The position numbers and the translations under genes were made by a program. From an uncultured Gammaproteobacteria bacterium (GTDB lineage: Bacteria > Patescibacteriota > Patescibacteriia > VMEV01 > CAYQCH01), in NCBI GenBank assembly GCA_964503955.1, contig CAZDCG010000002.1, positions 77,047 through 141,046 of the forward strand: a stretch of DNA of 64,000 nucleotides, read 5' to 3'. The notes under the pieces were generated by a model that worked only from the letters and a program-made list of their open reading frames with translations, ran no database searches and was not told the origin of the DNA. The first letter of the stretch is position 1. Every line of letters starts with the position of its first letter. Positions 10,060 to 18,935 of the stretch are shown piece after piece.

Positions 10060-11508
10060 CTAGCTTCGCTTTACCTTTTGTCCTTCACTCGTATCTTCAA
10101 CAACCCAGCCAAGTTCAGCGAGTTGATCGCGCAAGCGGTCTGATGCTTCATAATCTCGGTTATCGCGCGCGGTCTGGCGGCGGGCAAGCAATTCCTCCAC
10201 TTCAGGGGGCAAATCCGCTTCTATGGCCATGCCGACATGCTGCAAATCAAGTCCGAGAACTTTATCCGCTTTTAACAGCCACTCCCAGACAGACTGAGGG
10301 GACACAGCCAATGCGTTATTGGCGATTTGGGTATTGACTTCTTTGATCAGGTCAAAGACTACCGCCATGGCAGCCGGCGCGTTCAGATCGTCATTAATCG
10401 CTTCGTGGAAAGCATCTGCCTGGTCAGAAAGATATTTTTCGTTAGATGGTTCAACCTTCTTGTCGCGCATGGCGTACATGGTCTGCGCGAAATTGTTAAG
10501 ACGTTTGCGTCCTTCGCGCGCGGCGTCCATGACAGCCCAGGTAAATTGCATGCGGGAACGATAAAGCGTTTGCAGGGTAGCAAAACGGTAATCAAGCGGA
10601 TGATAACCGCGCTGTTTCAGATCGGCAAGCGTAATAAAGGTTCCGGCCGACTTGGACATCTTCTTTTCCTCCTCGCCAAGCAGCAAATGTTCATTGTGCA
10701 TCCAGATATTCACGAAAGGCTTGCCGGTGGCGGATTCGCTCTGCGCGATTTCATTGGTGTGGTGAACGGGAATATGATCCACGCCGCCGGTATGAATATC
10801 AAAAGTCTGGCCAAGGTATTTCATGGACATGGCGGAACATTCGATATGCCAGCCCGGGAAGCCTTTGCCCCACGGGCTTTCCCATTCCATGTCCCGCTGC
10901 GCGTCTGTTGGCGAGAATTTCCAAAGAGCAAAATCAGTCAAATTCCGCTTCTGGGAATTCTTTTCCACGCGCGCGCCTTCCTGAAGCCCCTCAATATCCA
11001 GCTTGGCGAGCTTGCCATAATCATCAAGCTTTGATGTGTCAAAATACACGCCGTCATCAATGAGATAGGTGAATCCCTTGGCTTCAAGCTGCTCGATGAG
11101 CTCAATCTGTTCGGGGATATGCGCGGTTGCTTTAGGTTCTATGTCGGGAGGAAGAATATTGAGTTCGCGCACTTCATCATGAAAAATATTGGTATATTCT
11201 TCGGCAATCTGCCAGGCGGTTTTTCCTTCGCGGCGCGCGCCCTTTTCCATCTTGTCCTCTCCTTCGTCTGAATCGGAAACCAGGTGGCCGACATCGGTAA
11301 TATTCATGACATGCGTCACCTGATAGCCGTTGAAGAGCAAAACGCGCTTGAGCAAGTCGGCAAAAAGGAAAGCGCGCATATTGCCGATATGGGCATGGTC
11401 ATACACCGTCGGGCCGCATGTATAAAGCCCGGCTTCAGGCGGATTGATCGGCGTAAAAGGCTCTTTTCGGCGGTGAAGCGTATTGTAGAGATAAAGTGTT
11501 TCGTCCAT
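10060..11508 (-). CDS. cysS: Cysteinyl-tRNA synthetase
   Basis: HIGN and KMSKS motifs. Class I catalytic core throughout. Confidence 0.92.
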   Translation of the reverse strand: MDETLYLYNTLHRRKEPFTPINPPEAGLYTCGPTVYDHAHIGNMRAFLFADLLKRVLLFNGYQVTHVMNITDVGHLVSDSDEGEDKMEKGARREGKTAWQIAEEYTNIFHDEVRELNILPPDIEPKATAHIPEQIELIEQLEAKGFTYLIDDGVYFDTSKLDDYGKLAKLDIEGLQEGARVEKNSQKRNLTDFALWKFSPTDAQRDMEWESPWGKGFPGWHIECSAMSMKYLGQTFDIHTGGVDHIPVHHTNEIAQSESATGKPFVNIWMHNEHLLLGEEEKKMSKSAGTFITLADLKQRGYHPLDYRFATLQTLYRSRMQFTWAVMDAAREGRKRLNNFAQTMYAMRDKKVEPSNEKYLSDQADAFHEAINDDLNAPAAMAVVFDLIKEVNTQIANNALAVSPQSVWEWLLKADKVLGLDLQHVGMAIEADLPPEVEELLARRQTARDNRDYEASDRLRDQLAELGWVVEDTSEGQKVKRS

Positions 11509-11620
11509 ATGTTTAGATAAACGTTACCAGACCTGATCGTCATCGCCAAGTGGCTTAGATGCGGGCAGGTGGGCGTGCCAAATGAAGTCGTAGGTAGGCA
11601 GTGGGCTGTAGGAAAACAGT

Positions 11621-11687
11621 CTGAATTCTGAAATCTGGATCGGTATTCTAGATCTGAACATCTTCAGATCCAGTGCCGGAATTCAGG
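11621..11687 (-). terminator. Nested imperfect inverted repeats (outer ctgaattc...tggatc / gatcca...gaattcag, inner gatctgaa/ttcagatc). Probable terminator of the prmC-prfA-rpmE unit, also the cysS upstream region.
   Basis: Hairpins visible in sequence. On the minus strand a TTTT run follows them. Confidence 0.4.
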
Positions 11688-11755
11688 ATTCAGAGTTCAG
11701 ATATTGTCGCAAACTTCGCCGGGCGCCCGGCTCTGTCGTCGTCCGTGACCCCTAG

Positions 11756-12589
11756 CTACAAATTCTTTTTGAGCACAACAAACCTTTCCACTCCTCCCAA
11801 ATCCTCTTTCACCTCGGTGTCATAAGGAAGTTCTTGCTCCTTAACCCATCCCACAAACTCCTCAATTTGCTCCGGCAGCATTTCAAGATAGATCTTGCCT
11901 TTTGATGCGAGGTAATGCACGGCATCAAGAACTGCGCGTTTAATCACAGACAGTCCATTGTCTTGTGCAAAAAGAGCAAGAGCCGGTTCATGCTCCAGTT
12001 CTTTTCTTGTTGGCGTGTCGTCAAGATCCTGCGGACGCAAGTAGGGGAGATTGGCCACAATCATGGAAAACGTTTGAGCCGGAATGTTTGCAAAGAGATC
12101 CGACTCAATAAGATCAACTTTTGCTTTAAGCTGTTTCGCGTTTTGCCTCGCGACATCCAAAGCTTTGGCAGAAATATCCGCTGCCGTAACCTGTGCATGC
12201 GGCAATTCAAGCGCAAGGGTGATGGCAAGGCAGCCTGAACCAGTTCCAAGCTCAAGAATGCCGCCTTCAATAAAATCCCGTTTGGCTAAATCAATAAGCA
12301 TCTCGCTTTCAGGGCGGGGGACAAGCACGTCTTTTGTGACGCGGAACAAACGGCCGTAGAATTCCTTGCTGCCGGTAAGATACGCCACCGGTTCGCCCGA
12401 TCGGCGCCGTTCAATCAGGTCGAAAAAGGCCTTGGCATCTTTAGCATCAACCGGATCAGCCGCATGCGTTAAAAGCCATGTCCGGTTTTGTCCAAGCACA
12501 TGGCACAGCAAAACCTCGGCATCCAGCCGAGGTGAAAGGGAATCTGCCAGGGCTTGCTGCCCCTTTATGAGCAATTCTGAAACGATCAT
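11756..12589 (-). CDS. prmC: Release-factor glutamine N5-methyltransferase (HemK/PrmC); motif IV reads NLPY instead of NPPY
   Basis: [11 protein letters not shown] motif. 4-nt overlap with prfA. NLPY confirmed codon by codon (aat-ctc-ccc-tac). Confidence 0.85.
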   Translation of the reverse strand: MIVSELLIKGQQALADSLSPRLDAEVLLCHVLGQNRTWLLTHAADPVDAKDAKAFFDLIERRRSGEPVAYLTGSKEFYGRLFRVTKDVLVPRPESEMLIDLAKRDFIEGGILELGTGSGCLAITLALELPHAQVTAADISAKALDVARQNAKQLKAKVDLIESDLFANIPAQTFSMIVANLPYLRPQDLDDTPTRKELEHEPALALFAQDNGLSVIKRAVLDAVHYLASKGKIYLEMLPEQIEEFVGWVKEQELPYDTEVKEDLGGVERFVVLKKNL

Positions 12590-13644
12590 GCTTCGTCAGC
12601 CGCAGCAGCTGCCGCTTCCTTAAGGCGGTCAATAATCGGATCAAGTTCTCCGTCAAGCACATGCGCGATATTATGCGTGGTCAGCTTGATTCGATGATCG
12701 GTAATGCGGTCCTGCGGGAAATTGTAGGTGCGGATTTTTTCAGAACGGTCGCCGGTTCCAACCTGGCCTTTTCTGGTCGCGGCCAGCTCTTTGGCTGCTT
12801 TTTCTTCTTGATGCGCAAGCAGGCGCGCGCGCAAAACCTGCATGGCCCGCTCGCGATTCTGCTGCTGGGAGCGTTCATCCTGGCATTGCACCACCACGCC
12901 GGTTGGAATATGCGTAATGCGAACAGCGGAGTTTGTCGTATTGACTTTCTGTCCGCCTTTTCCTCCAGCCGCATAGGTATCAACGCGAAGATCTTTCTGA
13001 TCAATCTTGATTTCAGTTTCCTCGGCTTCGGGAAGCACCGCCACGGTAGCGGTTGAGGTATGAATGCGTCCCGCTTTTTCCGTTTCGGGGATGCGCTGTA
13101 CCCGATGCACGCCGCTTTCGAATTTGAGGTCCCCGTATACGCTTTGTCCTTTCAGCGCCATGATGACTTCTTTGAGCCCGCCAACACCGGTCGGATTTGA
13201 CGAGATCAGCTGCGTCTTCCAACCTTTTCGTTCTGCGTATCGCGAATACATGCGAAACAGGTCAGCGGCAAAAAGCGCGGCTTCGTCGCCGCCCGCTCCC
13301 GCGCGGATTTCGATGATAACGTCCTTTTTGTCATTTGGATCGTCTTCATGAAGCAAATCCTTGATCTCGGCTTCAAGATGCTCTTTGCGCGTAAGGATTT
13401 GAGACAGCTCGGATTTTGCGTACTCTTTCAGTTCCGCGTCGCCTTCATTCATGGTTTTTCGAGCCTCTTCTTCGGCATTAAGCAGGTTTTTCAGCAGCTT
13501 GATCTGCTCCACAACGGGCTGGATTTCCGCAAACCGCTGATTAAGCGATTTGAGCTGCTGATGGCTCAATACCAAAGACGTATCACTGAGCTGGCGTGAA
13601 ATATCTTCGTACTCAGAGAGCAATTGCTGGTAGTGTTCGTTCAT
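12586..13644 (-). CDS. prfA: Peptide chain release factor 1
   Basis: GGQ motif ([19 protein letters not shown]), RF1-type [14 protein letters not shown]. Confidence 0.9.
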   Translation of the reverse strand: MNEHYQQLLSEYEDISRQLSDTSLVLSHQQLKSLNQRFAEIQPVVEQIKLLKNLLNAEEEARKTMNEGDAELKEYAKSELSQILTRKEHLEAEIKDLLHEDDPNDKKDVIIEIRAGAGGDEAALFAADLFRMYSRYAERKGWKTQLISSNPTGVGGLKEVIMALKGQSVYGDLKFESGVHRVQRIPETEKAGRIHTSTATVAVLPEAEETEIKIDQKDLRVDTYAAGGKGGQKVNTTNSAVRITHIPTGVVVQCQDERSQQQNRERAMQVLRARLLAHQEEKAAKELAATRKGQVGTGDRSEKIRTYNFPQDRITDHRIKLTTHNIAHVLDGELDPIIDRLKEAAAAAADEA

Positions 13645-13653
13645 AGCAATAAG

Positions 13654-13677
13654 AAAACCCCTTCAAGGCGGGGTTTT
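13654..13677 (-). terminator. Hairpin aaaacccc-ttcaaggc-ggggtttt between rpmE and prfA
   Basis: 8-bp GC-cored stem with flanking A- and T-runs. Confidence 0.5.
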
Positions 13678-13691
13678 CAGATATTAGGCAG

Positions 13692-14021
13692 CTATTTTGA
13701 TTCGGCCTTGGCTTCTTTCTTCGCGGCGGCTTTTGCTTTCTTTTCTTTCTTGCCTTTGCGAGTCTTTGAAACTTCTTTACTCTTTGCCACGCGGGCCTGG
13801 AATTTGTCGACGCGCTTCGCGGTGTCAACAAGCATCTGTTTCCCTGTGTAAAAAGGGTGAGACGCGGAGCTGATTTCTACGGTGACGTACTGGTATTCCT
13901 TTCCATCTTCCCATTTGGTTGTCTGGTCGGAATAGATGGTTGAGCCGGCCAAAAATCGGAACCCTGTGGAAGTGTCCTCAAAAACGGTCAGCTTATAGTC
14001 TGGATGGATATCTTTTTTCAT
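13692..14021 (-). CDS. rpmE: Ribosomal protein L31 (type B, no CxxC) with about 30-aa Lys/Ala-rich C-terminal tail
   Basis: MKKDIHPDY ... SHPFYTGKQ motifs. Confidence 0.85.
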   Translation of the reverse strand: MKKDIHPDYKLTVFEDTSTGFRFLAGSTIYSDQTTKWEDGKEYQYVTVEISSASHPFYTGKQMLVDTAKRVDKFQARVAKSKEVSKTRKGKKEKKAKAAAKKEAKAESK

Positions 14022-14116
14022 AAAACAAGGGCTGATCGCGGCCCGAATTAAAGTGACGGCAGATTACCATAGATCGGCAGATATTGCAAGCATTGGGCTC
14101 TTGTTCACGAGTGAAC

Positions 14117-14190
14117 GTGTTAATGGGTTAATGGGTTTTGCCGGCTGAATTTTAACCCGTTAACTCGCCAACTCGTTAAGCTGTTAACCC
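14117..14190. repeat. gttaa-rich repeat (gtgttaatgggttaa...gttaactcgccaac), copy 1
   Basis: Near-identical 35-40-nt core recurs at 57243-57285. Confidence 0.5.
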
Positions 14191-14218
14191 TGTTTTTCCA
14201 ATTTATCCCCACCTCCTT

Positions 14219-14247
14219 TTGACAAATGCAGCTTGATGGGCTATGCT
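14219..14247 (+). promoter_or_regulatory. Sigma-70-type promoter TTGACA-N17-TATGCT
   Basis: Perfect -35 and 5/6 -10 with 17-nt spacer. It lies about 190 nt upstream of the first ORF of the high-GC module. Confidence 0.5.
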
Positions 14248-14434
14248 TGATGCAGTATGCACTCTATGCATTGTCCAATGACCAAGACCTATACCGCCTG
14301 CAATCTCTTTGCGGTGATTAAGTTTTGGAATTTGGCCGGCGTTGAGTAATTGCATCGAAATCAACCTTTCAAGCAACCACTCGCGTCAGGCTCAAAAACC
14401 TGGCGCGTTTACGTTTAGGACGGGGGAACGTAAT

Positions 14435-14623
14435 ATGACGAATGCTCTGATGAAGGATCAGGCCGCCGAGGTTCCTCCGCACCGGAGGTTCGCGGCGAAC
14501 CGCAAGAAGGCGGCTGAGCGTGGTCGAGGTGACTCGGCTCGGCTGATGACCTATCGGGCGAGGATGGAGGGCGCGGCTTATCGTCGCATTCTGGATCAGG
14601 ACAGCGAGCAGGAGGGTGCGTGA
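14435..14623 (+). CDS. Small basic Arg-rich hypothetical protein (62 aa), high GC
   Basis: SD aggacggggg 7 nt upstream of ATG. Its stop overlaps the next start (GTGA). Confidence 0.4.
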   Translation: MTNALMKDQAAEVPPHRRFAANRKKAAERGRGDSARLMTYRARMEGAAYRRILDQDSEQEGA

Positions 14624-14892
14624 GCGAGGTTGAATCCTTTATCCAAGATGTCCTCCAAGCGGATATTCCGGAAACGGATGCATTCGTTCGAGGGGAAGTC
14701 GATCTGGGAATCCTTAACCGGTTCCAGCTGATCAAGGCGATCCTTGCCTTGCATCAGGTGATCGGGTACGATCGCCAGATCACGGCATTCGGTTTCAGCC
14801 GGCACGGCCTGGACAAGCTTCGCAAGGTCATCCGGGTTCAGGTTGAAACCATTCGCAAGCAGCAGAGCGCGCGGCAAGAAGCTGTGCGTTAA
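14620..14892 (+). CDS. Hypothetical acidic protein (90 aa), translationally coupled to the preceding ORF, high GC
   Basis: GTG start overlapping the upstream stop. Coding-like codon usage. No motif. Confidence 0.4.
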   Translation: MSEVESFIQDVLQADIPETDAFVRGEVDLGILNRFQLIKAILALHQVIGYDRQITAFGFSRHGLDKLRKVIRVQVETIRKQQSARQEAVR

Positions 14893-14898
14893 TCGTAG

Positions 14899-14948
14899 AA
14901 CGGAGAGCAATCCTCAGCCAGAAATGGTACTCAGGACCGCTCTCCGTT
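14899..14948 (+). terminator. 10-bp stem (aacggagagc ... gctctccgtt), 30-nt loop, T-rich tail
   Basis: Seen directly downstream of the two-gene module stop. Confidence 0.4.
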
Positions 14949-14996
14949 TCGCGTTATATAGACCTGTTATGCATCATCTGCTTATAATGAGTGCGT

Positions 14997-15701
14997 ATGA
15001 CAAACGCAACTCTTGACAAAAAACTATCTCCGTACGCCGATAAGGAACGGGCAAAAATCGGTTTGCGCTATTTCAATTCGAAACTCCATTGCCTGGGGAT
15101 TCCGGTCACAAAATTGCGTGCATTAGAAAACGAATTATTTTCAGAAGAAGCGCCGCTTCCTTTGCTAAACAAACTTTTTTTTGGAACAGAAATTTTTGAG
15201 GCCAGATCGCTTATTCTTATCCACTTGGCCAAACGGAAAAGCGAGATGGATGCGACCTCATGGCAAGTCCTGAAAGGCTGGTCAAAGGTTGTCGATAACT
15301 GGGAGCATGGAGACCGGCTGGCCGATATCTACGCGCATTTGTTGGAAGCATATCCGTCACTTGTCTTTCCGACGTTAAAAAAGTGGAATACGAGCTCCTT
15401 GCCCTGGCAACGCCGTCTTTCGATCGTCAGTTTGTTTTATTACAGCGCAAAACGAAGAAAAGCACTGCCGTTTGGCAAAGCTTTGCCCCTTGTCGACCGG
15501 CTCATGTATGATAAGCATGTCTATGTGCAAAAAGGAGTAGGCTGGACCTTGCGCGAGCTGTATAATCTTTATCCTGATCAGACCTTTTCCTATCTCAAAC
15601 AGCATGCGCGCGAACTTTCTGCCATTGCCTGGCAGGCTGCCACGGAGAAGCTCAGGCGTAAAGACAAGGAACTGCTCAAAAAACTTCGCGCGAAGAAATA
15701 A
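14997..15701 (+). CDS. DNA alkylation repair protein, AlkD/AlkC-like HEAT-repeat glycosylase family
   Basis: DNWEHGDRLADIY and KGVGWTLRE blocks resemble the DNA_alkylation family. A TATAAT sits 9 nt before ATG (near-leaderless). Confidence 0.6.
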   Translation: MTNATLDKKLSPYADKERAKIGLRYFNSKLHCLGIPVTKLRALENELFSEEAPLPLLNKLFFGTEIFEARSLILIHLAKRKSEMDATSWQVLKGWSKVVDNWEHGDRLADIYAHLLEAYPSLVFPTLKKWNTSSLPWQRRLSIVSLFYYSAKRRKALPFGKALPLVDRLMYDKHVYVQKGVGWTLRELYNLYPDQTFSYLKQHARELSAIAWQAATEKLRRKDKELLKKLRAKK

Positions 15702-15707
15702 ACGATT

Positions 15708-16148
15708 ATGAAACGCTATCTGATCATTGCCGTGATCATCGCAATCGCTATTCTTTTGGCGGGCTTGCTTTATGATCAATTCCGTTTGCGCACCAATGTT
15801 CCTGTCGATGGTATTCAACCTGAAGACATTGTTCGTCCGGGATTTCCCAATGCGGGCCACATAACCGTCCGGCATGATTTTGCCGGTGGCATGCACACAT
15901 ACTCCGGTATATTAACCCTTCCGGATCCTTGCCATGAAATCAACGCGCAGGCAATTATGATGGAATCCTTTCCTGAGCAGGTGCGCATAGAAATCACCAC
16001 GCGAAGGGATCAGGATGTGCTTTGCGCCCAGGTGCTGACAGATAAGCCGTTTTCCGTTTCTTTTCAGGCAAGCGAGCAGGCTCAGGTACAGGCCCTCTTG
16101 AATGGAAAACGTGTCGAGCTGATCGAACATCCGGTCGATTCCAAATAA
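15708..16148 (+). CDS. Membrane-anchored hypothetical protein
   Basis: N-terminal TM helix, then a soluble domain. No motif. Confidence 0.45.
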   Translation: MKRYLIIAVIIAIAILLAGLLYDQFRLRTNVPVDGIQPEDIVRPGFPNAGHITVRHDFAGGMHTYSGILTLPDPCHEINAQAIMMESFPEQVRIEITTRRDQDVLCAQVLTDKPFSVSFQASEQAQVQALLNGKRVELIEHPVDSK

Positions 16149-16155
16149 ATCTCGT

Positions 16156-16731
16156 ATGACGCAAGATCCGCAGATCAATGAGGTGCTTAAGCGCATGGCG
16201 GCTTACGAGAAAGTATACGAGGCGCAATTCGCGGTTGATGATGAGACAGGCACCTATCTTTATAACTTTGTTCTTGAACACCGCCCCGAGCGGATTTTGG
16301 AGCTTGGCACCTGGCGCGGCGCGTCTGCCATTTACTTCGCGGCTGCGCTTAAGCAGCTTGGCCGCGGCCAGGTTGTGACGGTTGATCTTGGAAATGACCG
16401 CGTGGAGCAGGCGGCAGACAATTTCGCGCAGGCCGGAGTCAGCGGCCTTGTAACGCAGGTGACTGCCGACATTGATGATTATCTGCCTACGGACAATCAG
16501 ATCTACGATTTGGTGTTTTTTGATGCAATCAAGAAATATCAGGGCAGGTGGATGAAGGATATTCTAAGCCGCAATGTGCGCCCCGGTTCGCATATGATTG
16601 TTGACGATGTGATTACCATGGGAAAGCGGATGAGCGACTTGTTCGACATTGTCGAAGCGGATAACCGGCTTGTATCCCGCCTGGAACATGTGGGCGACGG
16701 CCTGCTCGTCATCAAGGTGCTTGAAGTGTGA
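16156..16731 (+). CDS. Class I SAM-dependent O-methyltransferase (family 3, COG4122-like)
   Basis: ILELGTWRGASAIYFA SAM motif, acidic D after the beta2 strand, DDYLP ... FDAIK pattern. Confidence 0.75.
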   Translation: MTQDPQINEVLKRMAAYEKVYEAQFAVDDETGTYLYNFVLEHRPERILELGTWRGASAIYFAAALKQLGRGQVVTVDLGNDRVEQAADNFAQAGVSGLVTQVTADIDDYLPTDNQIYDLVFFDAIKKYQGRWMKDILSRNVRPGSHMIVDDVITMGKRMSDLFDIVEADNRLVSRLEHVGDGLLVIKVLEV

Positions 16732-16769
16732 TAAGATGAACACCAGGAGGTTTATCAGCAAAATCTACT

Positions 16770-18146
16770 ATGCCAGAGACAAAAACCATACGCTCCGTAA
16801 AGCCGTCCGATTCGTTTTCCTTTTACCATCAGCCGGTAGATTTTAAACGGCCATGGAGAATCTTTAAAATCATGGCTGAATTTGTTGAAGGGTATGAATT
16901 CATTTCAAAATTCAGCAAAACGGTTACTATTTTAGGTTCCGCGCGAACCAAGCCCACCCAAAAATGGTATAAGGAAGCCGTTGTTCTTGGAAAAATGCTT
17001 GGCAAAGGCGGCTATACAACTTTGACCGGCGCGGGGCCGGGGATCATGGAAGCGGCAAATAAAGGAGCCAAGCTTGGAAAAGGGAAGTCGATTGGGATCA
17101 ATATTGAGCTTCCATTCGAACAGGTACTCAATCCGTATGTGGATCACGCAGAGGGCTTCAACTATTTCTTCACCAGAAAAGTGATGCTGTTAAGCCCCGC
17201 GCAAGCATTCGTCTTTTTTCCCGGCGGGTATGGAACCATGGATGAATTTTTTGAAGTGTTTGATTTGATGGAAACAGGCTTTTTAAGCAGCGCGCCGATT
17301 ATCTGCGTCGGAAAAGATTTCTGGAATCCGGTCATGGATTTTTTGGTAAGCCGGTCCGTTCGAGAAGGCATTCTTGATCAAAAGATGTTTGACCGCGTTT
17401 TTGTGGTTGATTCGGCCAAAGCCGCCTACGATATCGTCAAAACTTCCAAAGATTTGCCACCGTCCATCTGCAAACTGTCGCCTGAGAATTTCCAGTGCGA
17501 AGAGCAGATCAACTGGCGCGTCTTCAAGATCATGGCCGAACTCGTGGAAGGGTTTGACATGGTTACAAAATTCCTCGACGACGTAACCATTCTCGGCTCC
17601 AAGGCCCTTGCGGAAGAGTCGGAATACTATCACCAGGCATATCGGCTTGGTTTAATGCTTGGAAAAAAGAAATATACGGTTGTGACCGGCGGCGGACCGG
17701 GCATTACGGAAGCCGCGAATAAAGGAGCGGCTCAGGCGAATGCCATGTCCGTAGGGCTTGTCTTGCGGCAAGGGGCTAAGGATTTGGCAAATGAGTATAT
17801 CAACGCGCATGCGAGTTTTGAATTTCCGTTTACACGAAAACTGATTCTGACGGCTCCTTCAAACGCCTTTGTCGTGTTTCCGGGAGGACTTGGCACATTG
17901 CATCAGGCGTTTGAGTTGCTGACGCTGATCCAGACGCGCAAATCGCATAAGGTGCCGGTGATTTTTTATGATTCTGCGTACTGGAAACCGATGCTTGATT
18001 TCATCAAGAAGAAACTGCTCAACGAGTATAAAACCATTTCAAAGGGCGATGAAAAATTCTATACGGTTGTTGATACCGTTGAAGACATCGTCAAGATGAT
18101 CGAAAAGCAGCCCCGCGAGGGCAGCCGTAAAGCCAGACGGCGATAA
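16770..18146 (+). CDS. Fused tandem LOG-family protein (two Lysine_decarbox/LOG domains; catalytic Glu of the second PGGxGTxxE is Gln)
   Basis: Domain 1: TGAGPGIMEAANKGA + FPGGYGTMDE. Domain 2: TGGGPGITEAANKGA + FPGGLGTLHQ. Each is preceded by the repeat WR(I/V)FKIMAE(F/L)VEG. Confidence 0.75.
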   Translation: MPETKTIRSVKPSDSFSFYHQPVDFKRPWRIFKIMAEFVEGYEFISKFSKTVTILGSARTKPTQKWYKEAVVLGKMLGKGGYTTLTGAGPGIMEAANKGAKLGKGKSIGINIELPFEQVLNPYVDHAEGFNYFFTRKVMLLSPAQAFVFFPGGYGTMDEFFEVFDLMETGFLSSAPIICVGKDFWNPVMDFLVSRSVREGILDQKMFDRVFVVDSAKAAYDIVKTSKDLPPSICKLSPENFQCEEQINWRVFKIMAELVEGFDMVTKFLDDVTILGSKALAEESEYYHQAYRLGLMLGKKKYTVVTGGGPGITEAANKGAAQANAMSVGLVLRQGAKDLANEYINAHASFEFPFTRKLILTAPSNAFVVFPGGLGTLHQAFELLTLIQTRKSHKVPVIFYDSAYWKPMLDFIKKKLLNEYKTISKGDEKFYTVVDTVEDIVKMIEKQPREGSRKARRR

Positions 18147-18224
18147 CGTCATCTTTTTGCCGTTCATTCGTTTAGAGGGGCGAGCCTTGCGGGGCTTGGC
18201 TCTGTCTGCTAACGTCTTTTTACT

Positions 18225-18935
18225 ATGAATGTTCCCAAACATATTGGCTTTATCATGGATGGAAACCGCCGCTGGGCAAAAGAGCGCGGGCTAAGTGTCG
18301 CCCAAGGACATGAAGCGGGCATCGCTGCTCTGTCAAAGCTGGTTGAAGCCTGTGCTAAGCGAGGCGTGGAAACGGTCACCGTCTACGCGCTAAGTACGGA
18401 AAATCTGAAAAAACGCAGCGCGGTCGAGCTGGCTGATATCTTTGGTATTCTCTTTCGATGGATCGCTCGGGAACGTTCCAGGTTGCAACAAAACGGCATC
18501 CGGGTTGCATTCCTCGGCCAGCTAAAAAGGCTTCCTGAAAAGGTGCAAACCGCGATGAATGAATTGATGCAGACTGTGAAAATGAATGAGCGTATCAAGC
18601 TGAATGTGATGGTCAATTACGGCGGCAGAGATGAAATTATCCGCGCCGTGCAGACAATGATGCAGGAAGGTGTTTCCGCCAAAGAAGTCAATGAGGAATT
18701 GATTTCAAAACACCTGTACACAAAAGATTCTCCCGATCCGGATTTGATCATCCGTACAGGCGGAGAGCAGCGGCTCTCAAACTTTTTGATTTGGCAAATG
18801 AGCTATAGCGAGCTGTACTTCACGAATACCTATTGGCCGGATTTTGACGAGCCGGAATTAGACAAAGCGTTGGTAGATTATGCCGGCCGGTCTCGCCGCT
18901 TTGGCGGGGGAGAGGTTAATACCGTCAAAGCATGA
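18225..18935 (+). CDS. uppS: Undecaprenyl-diphosphate synthase (cis-prenyltransferase)
   Basis: HIGFIMDGNRRWA and IRTGGEQRLSNFLIWQ motifs. Confidence 0.9.
   Translation: MNVPKHIGFIMDGNRRWAKERGLSVAQGHEAGIAALSKLVEACAKRGVETVTVYALSTENLKKRSAVELADIFGILFRWIARERSRLQQNGIRVAFLGQLKRLPEKVQTAMNELMQTVKMNERIKLNVMVNYGGRDEIIRAVQTMMQEGVSAKEVNEELISKHLYTKDSPDPDLIIRTGGEQRLSNFLIWQMSYSELYFTNTYWPDFDEPELDKALVDYAGRSRRFGGGEVNTVKA

Noticed and set aside
10327-11034. Long antisense/shadow ORFs inside well-supported genes (e.g. 10327..11034 in cysS, 26529..27308 in fusA, 38424..39422 across rplF-rplR-rpsE, 43365..44435 in the TPP enzyme, 40675..41205 in secY, 57602..58264 in iscS, 62539..63147 in nrdJ)
   Set aside because: They lie opposite or out of frame to genes with unambiguous conserved motifs. 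They are typical shadow ORFs of GC-balanced coding sequence.
14596-14910. 104-aa minus-strand ORF (and 14415..14735 minus ORF) overlapping the high-GC two-gene module
   Set aside because: The plus-strand pair has a good SD and GTGA start-stop coupling. The minus ORFs lack an SD, and 14415..14735 is Pro/Ser-rich low complexity. The call remains uncertain.
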